From: Octopus vulgaris
Taxonomy: Eukaryota
NCBI GenBank assembly: GCA_951406725.2
Contig: OX597828.1
Coordinates: 6,200,001 to 6,264,000, forward strand
Reading direction: 5' to 3'
Length of the DNA stretch: 64,000 nucleotides
Part shown: in pieces, positions 53,561-64,000 of the stretch
Layout: each line of letters begins with the position of its first letter
Position numbering within the stretch: the stretch's first letter is position 1
The notes under the pieces: generated by a model
What the model was told of the DNA's origin: nothing
What the model saw: only the letters and a program-made list of their open reading frames with translations
The model's database searches: none
Position numbers and translations under genes: made by a program

Positions 53561-56254
53561 AGTATCTGTCTCTGCTTTAAGATGTGCGATGTCAAGTGTT
53601 CTTATAGTCTTTTTTTCTGAAATGCAGGGTGAGCTAGCAAGAGAGTGTGGTAATTGCGTGACTAATGTAAATGCACGGTAAACGTACGAGAAGGCATGTA
53701 CGTGTCTGTTTAATGTAACACAATCGAGAAATTTGTAGCTTTCTGTTTTAAAGTTCAATTTATGTATTACATTGGCCACTTGTAGTTTATTCTCGGGTTT
53801 ATATATCTGTAGTGTGTTGGTAATGAGAAAGTTTTTAACATACATACACACACACAGAGGAGGGGAGAAAGTGTGAATGAGGGATAGATTAGTGTAAAAG
53901 ATGAATAGATACAGAAATTAAGTTTTTGGAGGATTCAGCGAAAATAATACAGGATCAAAATGGTGTGTGTATAAATGAGGAAACGAAGATAATCTTATAA
54001 ATATACGGAAGGATGAAGAAATTCTTAGTCATAGAAAAAAAAATGTGGGAGGGTTTCACAGACAGAGCACAAAGTTCGACGGTTACGGTAAAACAACAAC
54101 AAGAAAAACGAGAAGTGTTGTAAAACAATGATAATCACAAGAAGACGCAGAAAGAAGGGTTGGAATAAACGGAAAGAAAAAGTGAAATAATACTTAATAC
54201 AAGAGCAAAAATGGAGCAAGCTTTGTAGCAGAAACATTCAGAAGTAATAAAAGGAGACAGAAATAAACCTCATCGTTTTTTACTGTTACTACTTCAATTC
54301 TTTCATAATTGCTATGTCACGTTGCTGTAAGAAAAGCACAATAAAAACCAGAATACTTTTTGTCGTTAATTTTCATCTTGAAATCTTTGTTTCCTAAATC
54401 CATTTCATTTATTTCAAATTACTTTCTTTTTATAATTTCTGCTTTAAATTAAATACGAAGAAACCATTTCAGCCTGCAGGCTCACAGAACTTACTGGAAC
54501 ATAAATGTTTAATTAGTAATTGCTGAGTAAGCATGGTTTTAAACTGGAATGGGCAAATCGTCACACTTATTTTAGTTTATCTTCATTAATGATACTGTAA
54601 GACTATAAAACGTTGTGTTTCTCTGTTTCCGAAATAATGGAATTTTCAAAAATTTCAAATTATTTTTGGACGTATTTTAGAGATTTCTATAATCTTTTTT
54701 ACGACATGCATATGAAACAATATAAAAGAGAGGAAATAAATAAGAAGAAATGAGAAAGAGGTGGAGAGAGAAATGAAAACTAGATAAAACGAGGGAAATA
54801 GAGGAGTGTAGGGGATGCTTATATATGAAAGGGGAAAAAGAGAAAGTGAGCTCGTCATATGCGTGGAGTACAAGATAGAGAGTAAATACAAAAGAGGTAG
54901 AATAACGAAGCAGTGAATTGTGAGAGCCTCTGTTTCCGAAAAACTGTGAAATCAACAGATAGAAGCACGAAAGAGAAAGGATTGAATAATAAAAAAAAAG
55001 AACAAAGAGAGAGGGGGGAGAGAGAAGAGGTATAACAGGATGTGAAAGTATAATGAATTAAACCAGTAAAATAGATAATGATCGTGGAAGATGATAAGAA
55101 AATTGGGTAAAATTTATAATTGGAAAAGATGAGTGTGAAAACGTTAATATACAAAAGAGGCTTTGTTTGAAAAATAGTCATAGAGATTAGAAAAATATAC
55201 TTATAAATGTAGAATAGGATATATTCTGGTGATTAAAGTAATGCTGTAGAATTGTCTTTAAATTACTGCCTGCACGAATAAGAAAAATTCAGAGGATAAG
55301 AATTGGCTGTGAGAAATAGCTACATAATGCAATGTAATATTATATATGAAAGAGTGACAGAAAGAGTGAAAGAGCGAGAAAGAAGATAAATATTCGAAAA
55401 GAGTGCCTCAAAAAGAATAGAGAGTTGTAAAGACAGAAATGAGAGCTTGTGCTGAAATATAATAGATGCGTAAGCATTGATATTTTATAGGGCTGGCTCA
55501 AATATTTTCAATAATGCAATGATATTGAGTTGTTTTCAATATTCAATCAAAATCGAATAGTATTGTTTATATTTTAATAAAAAGGTAGTTTTCATAATTT
55601 TTTTCTTATTTTATTTTACAATGTTATATAGATTTGAACAGAAACCTGGAAAGTGTTAAATTGCTTCATTGTAAATGAAATAGTGTCACAGCAGCAATGT
55701 ATGTTTCGGGAGAAAAAAAAAGAGGCTTTCATAATATACATTACAGTTCAAATACCACAAACGCATATAATTAAACGGTTTAGAGAAGATACATTGCATG
55801 AAAGCTATTATAAGGACGACCTTCAATTGTAAATTACGAAATTACACTTTTCAGACAATTGTTATATAGGAAACAAAGCCAAAATTTATCGGGATATGGA
55901 AGCGTCTAAACAGTTTCATTTAATAAAGAGATTATTTCGTAACAAACTGGCATAAGATATTTGCATAATGTCGGTTATGCAAATACTACAGAAAACTGAC
56001 GTTCCAAAAAAGCATGATAAGTGAAGAATCAAACGGATCTATTGAATCACAAGTCGATAACTTAGAATTCCGTATAAAATGTTTGATGAAAAAGTAAACG
56101 CCTCCATTAAGCACGCTGTTTTAATAGAATGAAATGTTCTTATTTTAATATTTACTTTAGAATGGTGTATGAAACCATTATAATCACATTGGTTAACACT
56201 CATTCTCTTTGATTCATATATACACATACATACAGACACGCACACGCACACACA

Positions 56255-56320
<66 letters not shown>

Positions 56321-56341
56321 CATAGAACATATATGTTTGCG

Positions 56342-56386
<45 letters not shown>

Positions 56387-56882
56387 ACGTATGTATGTAT
56401 GTATATTCATTGAGTGAGAAGCGATAAATTATAGCTTTCATTATAGTATTCTTTAATCCATTGTAGCTGAAGGGATCTTAATCACAGTACTCCGAGTTAT
56501 ACGTATCCTTTCGCTCAGTTGGAAATCAAATTTTGATTTCCCCTCGAAATATTTGTTAGTTCAATCTATGTTTTTGAAATACTATATGGAATTTATGAAG
56601 AAAGCATTTATCGGTGTTCTTGAAAAAAATTAAAAAAACAAAAAAAAAAACAAGCAAACGAAGAGAAAGTCAATTAAAAACACAATGCCTGTTGTAAGGT
56701 GATGTCTTTAACTTCATTTCTGGTACTTGTGGGAAAATTCTAAACTTCACTCAAGCTAGGTTTTTCTAATAAATTTTCTTGTGAACATGTGCGCTTTGCG
56801 TGTATCGGTTTACATACATGTATATATATATATATACACATACACACATGTACAGACACTCACACACATATTTGTATATATA

Positions 56883-56916
<34 letters not shown>

Positions 56917-56921
<5 letters not shown>

Positions 56922-57491
56922 ATACAATATGTTACATTACTCGGTAGTCAAGATAAAACTCTGAGTTTCAGATGCCGAAGTGGAAATCCACAACACCATC
57001 TCTTCGGTTATCTGGCTATTTGAAAACGTTATGAAAAAATACCGTTAAAAATGAAGGGAAATTACTCTGTTATAACTCTGCTTTGCCTGCGTACTTATAC
57101 ATCGCTCGCATTTTTCGTCATAAAAATTATATAAAAATACATAAAAATATATAAAAATATATAAAAATATATAATATATTTTTATATATTTTTATATATT
57201 TTTATGTATTTTTATATAATTTTTATGACGAAAAATGCGAGCGATGTATAAGTACGCAGGCAAAGCAGAGTTATAACAGAGTAATTTCCCTTCATTTTTA
57301 ACGGTATTTTTTCATAACGTTTTCAAATAGCCAGATAACCGAAGAGATGGTGTTGTGGATTTCCACTTCGGCATCTGAAACTCAGAGTTTTATCTTGACT
57401 ACCGAGTAATGTAACATATTGTATAGATAAATTTCCTCTATTTACATAATATTGAGGTCTCTTTCTTTCTTTTGTTATCTTACCGTTTTAT

Positions 57492-57494
<3 letters not shown>
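56917..57494. mobile_element. Perfect 513-bp palindrome (56917-57429) of a hammerhead-bearing Penelope-like terminal repeat
   Basis: 256-bp arms identical by eye with a 1-nt centre at 57173; the plus arm continues 57430-57494 into (TA)n. Confidence 0.85.
57333..57395 (+). ncRNA. Type I hammerhead-like motif (CCGAAGA core); identical minus copy at 56951-57013
   Basis: AGATAA-CCGAAGA-GATG..GTGG ATTT CCAC..CATC-T-GAA-ACTC A GAGT-T-TTATCT; 6-bp stem I, palindromic stem III, GUU triplet. Confidence 0.7.
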
Positions 57495-57555
<61 letters not shown>

Positions 57556-58305
57556 GCACACATACGTGCGCGCACACACACACACACATGTATATATTGA
57601 GAGAGTGAGAGAGTATATTTCCTTTCACTAGGTCCTTCATCTGTCCTTTTGTTCCATCTCCCCCATTCCCTTGACAACGAAATCCCCCCTCTCTACCTAT
57701 ACCCTAACCATGCTTCTCGTCGGTCCTAATACGTACGCACATTTCTCTTCTCACCGCTTTCCATCTGTCCTCTACGTCCACGTACTTTGCTCGACTTCTC
57801 TCTAGAATCTCTCCCCTTCGTTCGTTTCCCTATCTATTTTTTATACCATTATATAGATATATACAATATCTCCTACCATGCATTTCCTCTTCTTCTATAA
57901 AGTCAAAGCCATAACTCTATTGCGAGGAGATTTCAAAATTCGTGCAACGAGAAAATTGCTTCTGTTCTACTTTACATTCCATAATATGCATTATTATTTC
58001 AAACAGTCATTGATCGTTAGAAACGAGTTTAATAGTACGAAGTGTTACATCATGTGAATTGCCTAAGAAGTTATTCACATAAATATATATACCCTACATC
58101 CGTAATCGTGTGTATGTCTTCCTATTTTCTTACCTGATCGATACCAATCGTACTTCAAGTCGACTGTTCGACGTCTAGACTACTTTGTCATGAGAAGGAA
58201 ATTAAAATTTAGCAATGTGACATTTCTGAGCACTAAACGGTGAATATCTATAATGCGACTATTAAACTACTATTTTATCACTCATTTTTCATAGACATGC
58301 ATACT

Positions 58306-58340
<35 letters not shown>

Positions 58341-58379
58341 ATGTGTGTGTGTGTGTGTGTGTGTGTATGTGGATTTAGG

Positions 58380-59504
58380 AGACTTCTACGTGATTACCTT
58401 CCTTCAACTCGTCAAATGTACGGGGCTTATGCGCATACACACGTGCTTTGAAGTTTCCCCCACAAGAAATAATCACATATGGACAAATCAGGAGACCGAG
58501 AGTGCCAAGGAAACCTAGAAATGAGGCGGTCACCGAAGAGAGCGCGCAGAAAGTTCATTGTTCCTCTGTTTGCGTGGACCTTCGCCCTATCCTGCCAAAA
58601 CCATATGCGTCGAATAGGCATATATCCTCGTAGTAATTCAGGCACAACGAAGTTGTTTATCATCTCGATATAACGCTAAGAGTTCACAGTAACAGCTTCT
58701 CCATTATTGTCTTCAAAAAGTAAGGACAAAGGACGTTAACGTTTCCAACAGCACACCAGACCGTCACTTTTGGGCTGTGTAGTGCTTTTTCGTGCGGTTC
58801 TATCGGATTTTCAAGACCAAAATTAAGACAGTCCTGCCGATTCATCATGCAATTGAGATGAAAAAGATCTTCGTCACTCATTAACAAAATGAGGTTGTCA
58901 GATGTCTCAAAAATTGCTTCCATCTGACGTGCGAACTTAAGCCGCTGTGCATAGTCAGTTGGTTTCAACTATTGCCCAATAACAAGTTTGCACGGGTCGA
59001 AATGCAGGTCTTCATGCAAAATACGCCTGACCGATCGGTTACCGATACCAAGGTCAGTGACGGTTCCGTATCGTTCGTGGGGACCCATCACCTTCCTATC
59101 CATTAGTTTATCTTGTGTACGAAGTGCATTCACCGAACGTAAGATTGTATTACGGGTGTGAGGGCCTGATTTCGGTGAAGGTTGAAGTGGCACCGAAATT
59201 CAAGCTGAACAGGTGTGACACACTCGTTATTCTTCATGTAACTGTCATAGCATTTTTGCTTGTTGCAAAATCAGCGAATGTTTGTCACTTGGAATTATAT
59301 AAATTGTGAGCAGAAGCGAACTAGTGCCATGTCTGTGGCTGAAATAGCTCGAAACCAGGCTGATCTGCTGGTCCCGTCGCTAGAAGGTGTTAGGCGTTTG
59401 CTCGCCTGCTCACAATATCTCGGATACAGCTGTACATCTTTAACCAGCTAGAGATGTCCTTTTGGGGTTAAAAAATCGCGGTAAATTTCGTTCGAACGGA
59501 CAGC
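58380..59504 (-). pseudogene. Tc1/mariner transposase relic, rosa/DD41D-like
   Basis: RRILHEDLHF, LMSDEDLFHLN, HSPKVTVWCAV, WFWQDRAKVH, PWHSRSPDLSICDYFLWGKL across ORFs 58427-59193. Confidence 0.8.
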
Positions 59505-59628
59505 GATATTGAAGTATCAACGAACATTATTTGCTTGTACAACTACTGCATTGATCTCCAAGGGAGATTTTAGAACAGTCGTTTTTGCTTGTTGCCAAAT
59601 CAGTGACTGTATGTCATTTGCACTTATA

Positions 59629-60842
59629 TTGTGCCATCCCATAAATAATGCGGCTTTTTATAATCTTTTATTTAAATGAAGATAAACAAAGTTCTCTTTT
59701 AATCTAAAATATGCTCTCATTCATTTTCTACAATGCTCTTCCATCTATCTGGTAGACTTGCAAGGTCCCTCTTCCAAAATTCACTTTCTGTGACGAAAAA
59801 TACTCCCCCACAACTATTCCGACCTCGTCTACAGAATTCATATATTTTCCGTCCAAATGATTTCAAAGACTGTGGAATAAATGATAATTAGATGGACCAA
59901 TATCCGGCAAATATGGTGGATGGGGCATCGTTTGTCATGCAAAGTGCAGCAGCCTTTGAAATATCATCCACGCTGTATGTGGCCAAGTATTTTACTATTG
60001 GAAGAACATATTTCGTCTTGAAAGCAAAGATGGTAGTTTTTTTTCTAGTGCTGACTTAAGCCGCTCAAGCTGCTCGCAGTAGATCGTCTTTGTTATCGTT
60101 TGGTTTGGGTTTAACAGTTTGTGTGAATTAAACCTTTCCTATCTCATCAAACAGATAACAGATAACAGAACCTTACGTGGGTGAACACCTTCTTTAGCCT
60201 GTGGACCTGGTGCTTTTCGTTTCCCTACCCACCATTTTCGGCACCTAACATTTTTATAGAGGACCAATTTGCCGTCACCAGTTTCGAATCGACCCCAAAA
60301 AGGTTCATTTGTGATTAGACTGGAAAATTTTGTGACGAACCTATTGACTCAATTTGCTGACATTTCCGGTGTCACGCATGTGCAAATGAATGGTTGAATG
60401 GGCAATTCGAAGTTTTTCAGCTAGTTCCTCAGCGCTTGCGATGTGATTTTCTTCCACCAGGATTTGCAGGACGTCCTCATCGAACCCTACAGATATTTCA
60501 GAGGATCGTCTTCTAAGCTGTAGTTTCCGGCTCGGATTTTCTGGTTGATATTGGCTTACGCTTATTGTCTGATTCTCATATACTGAATTAATATTCCTTG
60601 CACTTTTCAATGCAGTGTTGCCTTGATTGAACTTACAAAGCAAAATATGTCACTTTAAATATAGCTTTCAAACAATAACTGTTAAAATCGAGCTGCACTT
60701 TTCAAATCTTGCATTAAGAGAAAGTACGTGGTAATATTACTGCCTGCTTTTACAGCTATTTGATGCAGTCTGTTTATACCGCCCCCTACGACTTATAGCT
60801 CATACAGCTGGAAAAAACTACGTTATTTATGGGATGACATAA
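59629..60842 (-). mobile_element. mariner (Mos1/Hsmar-type) element, full length, decayed
   Basis: TIRs TTGTGCCATCCCATAAATAATGCGG and (reverse complement) TTATGTCATCCCATAAATAACGTAG with TA on both sides; HTH N-terminus (ORF 60341-60643) and PHPPYLPDIGPSNYHLFHSL near 59870-59927. Confidence 0.88.
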
Positions 60843-61291
60843 TACATATTGGAAGCAAAAGTGAGCTACTGTAATCTGTAGCAGAAGTGGTGTCCAGTAC
60901 TGAAGAGAGGCAGAAATTGCCAGAAACCAGGCTAGTCTGTTGGTTCGGTCGCTAGAAGGTAAGGCATCGTTCCCCTGCATGAAATACCACGAATGCAGCT
61001 ATACATCGTTAACCAGTTCTAACTGGTTAAAAGAAGAATGATTTATATAAATTCTAAATCTGTAACTAAACCGGAGGTAGTCAACATCTCTAGATGTCCT
61101 CTTGCGGTTAAAAAGATCAGTAAAATACTTTCGACGGACAGCCATGTAAATTTCAACTATATGTGTGTGTGTGTGTGTGTGTGTCTATACATTCTTTAAC
61201 TTATTTCAGCTAGAAAGATGTGGTCGTTACGGGGCACTATCTACGGCTTTTCTACACCAATATTTGAAACCTCCACTCATATCTATATATT

Positions 61292-61383
<92 letters not shown>

Positions 61384-61384
61384 T

Positions 61385-61428
<44 letters not shown>

Positions 61429-61429
61429 G

Positions 61430-61672
61430 TTTAGATGGGCTGGACACGTCGCCCGGCTCACCGATAATCGGTGGACCCGCGCAGTTGTTGAGTGGTACCC
61501 GCGCGAGCAGAAACGACCACCCGGAAAGCCTCCACGACGGTGGAGTTACGATTTCAAGAGGACGATTGGGATCACGTGGACGAGAAAGGCGGGATCCAGA
61601 GAGGAGTGGACAGCGTGCTGTGACCAGTGGTGCCAAATGGACGCCTGACGGCCTAGTCGGTCAAGGTGATCA

Positions 61673-61678
<6 letters not shown>
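61430..61678 (+). mobile_element. RTE-clade LINE 3' fragment in (TA)n
   Basis: [39 protein letters not shown]...W...A..REEW is the typical RTE ORF C-terminus. Confidence 0.85.
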
Positions 61679-61719
<41 letters not shown>

Positions 61720-62940
61720 ACAAATATATACATGTATCGATGTATGTATGCACACATATATGTATGTATCTATGTACGTATGTATGCATGTATGTACGCA
61801 TATATATATGTCTGTAAGCGTATTATATTTGTTGTAAAATATTCGTGGCTATATGTTTATGTGCATCATTGATGGTAGACTCCTTGTTTTAAGTTGGCTT
61901 TCTCTGTGGTTGTATGCGGTGAGAAATATGACTGAATGTTTTTTTTCTTTTTATCATTCGACAAAGATATATTAATATACATCCACATGTTTTCAATGTG
62001 GGCATAAGTACAGATGACTTAATGGATAAACACAATTGGGGAGTGTTATGAATATTTCCATCTGCTTAAATATGAGGGTGTGCGTATGCATTTATGTATG
62101 TATGTATGTACATGTGTTGGCGTTTGCAATTATGAAGCTTGCGTGCGTAGGCGAATATTACCTCTTTATATTCCACGTTTGAAGTATATAGTGTGAGACA
62201 CTTAGGCAACTGTATATCAATATGCATGTATAAATGTATGTATGAATGTATGTATGTATCTATCTCAATATGTGCGTATGTATGTACATATGTGTGTATA
62301 TACATGCATTCATATGTATATATCCATATGTGTGTGTTTACATAAATAGGGAGGGAGTGAGAGAGAGAGGGGGAGGTAGTGTGTATTTTTATATTATACA
62401 ATTATGAATTTTCGCATGGCAATGCAAATAAGTGCTAATTATACGGAAGAACATGTGCGCTTACGCATGTAAACGACTGCAAGTAAGCTATAAAGATACC
62501 TTTATATATATATGTATATACACACGCATATACATATATACATGTGTGTGTGTGCGTATTTTTGTATATATGTATAAGCGCGTTGAAGAAAATGGATGCT
62601 TGTGACGTTGTCGATTCTTGTATAATTAGCGGAGATATTCCTTAAACAGTATGAACAAAAGTACGACACCAGTTATGATGACGAAAACATCGTAAAAAAG
62701 ACGAATGGATTACAAATATTCTAATATTTACCGCTATCAAAACACATACTCATAAGAACAATCTGTAATAAATTTATTTGTGTTTAATTAATTATTCGGC
62801 CATATCCTTATTTTTCGTTAAAGGCATTCGATTCGAAACGAATTTAACCATAAAAGGTGGTCCAGGTATGTATGTGATTTATTCATTGTTTGTATAATTG
62901 AACGATGAAAATAGATTTAGTGAAGTTTGTGTGTGTGTGT

Positions 62941-62991
<51 letters not shown>

Positions 62992-64000
62992 TGTGTGTGT
63001 GTGTTTACTCACACGCACATATACACATATACATACGGATATAAGTATTTTCCCCATCGCCCCATTTTTATGAACGCCCCTTTGGATGTTAATACAGCCC
63101 CCTTTTGGAACTACGGTTGTAGAATGATATTATAAATGGTTCTTGTCCTCGTCTGACTAAGCTATAACATTGAATAATGAGTCGTTAAGTATTCACGATA
63201 AATTTGGATCTGTTATATGTGACTGAAAGTTCATCATGAAAATATAACGCTATTGTTCGTGGTGTTCTTTAGTAAAAGCTCTACTACGATCAGACTCCAT
63301 GGTGAATTAGTTTACACGAGTAAATATACTAAAACATACATTTAGCCGGGTTTTTTTTATAAAAGCACATTCTGTAAAACGAAGAGTAAAACTGCTTCAT
63401 TAGCTATATTTTTCAATTCCTATACATTTAGTGAGAAAGAGCAATTGACAAATACATATAAACATTTTTCTGAATAGCATGCAACAAATCATATATATAT
63501 ATATATATATATGCATATGTATTTGTAAGTGCGTGTGTGTGTGTGTGTTTGTATGTGTAAATTTGTGTGTGTGTATGTGTGTGCGTGTCTATATATTGTT
63601 ATACTTTGAGATGGTCATTTGCTTTGCCAATTAAACATACGAACGTCGGTTTAAATGGTTAGCACACATGTCGCGGGAACATAGATATGTAGGTTCGAGT
63701 TTCACGCGTACAGGAAAACCTACTTTTTTCCGCTGAGGGCTTATATGCCCAACTATTAGAATATTTTCTTTAGTCATTACGCGGTGATCGCCCACAAGCG
63801 TTACACTCATAAAATACATTTATTGTTATTTACAGAATATCAAAACCACCGCACACTCAAACGCACATACACACACACAAAAACACACACACACAAAAAC
63901 ACACACACACATATATTTACTGTATATATGAAACGAGTCGACAATGTCACACACAGGTACTCTCAGTGAAATTATTGCACCGCACTCAGTAGACTCAAGA

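Overview
AT-rich, microsatellite-saturated eukaryotic (animal) DNA in which I can support no host protein-coding exon. The SINE families and repeat landscape suggest an octopus/cephalopod intergenic or intronic region (inference). Almost all short ORFs in the track are microsatellite artefacts. Mobile DNA content: (1) a nearly intact Tx1-type (L1-clade) LINE at 36097-40682 with a 5'-truncated gag-like ORF1 and an open 1126-aa APE-RT-zinc-finger ORF2, plus three Tx1 remnants; (2) a same-strand cluster of R4/Dong-like RLE LINE fragments in (TAA)n arrays (11.5-20 kb) and a distinct lineage in (CATA)n arrays (22-25 kb); (3) three tRNA-derived SINE families, one of which has a dimeric variant carrying a tail copied from the Tx1 3' end; (4) Tc1/mariner relics (mariner, maT-like, rosa-like, a Tigger-like MITE) and an RTE fragment. 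The most notable signal is a set of about ten minimal type-I hammerhead ribozyme-like motifs in at least seven unrelated short elements. Most have a CCGANGA core instead of CUGANGA and a palindromic stem III, and they sit in Penelope-like inverted or partial-tandem arrangements in (TA)n. One appears fused downstream of a tRNA-like SINE head. All structure calls were made by eye and need computational and biochemical confirmation.
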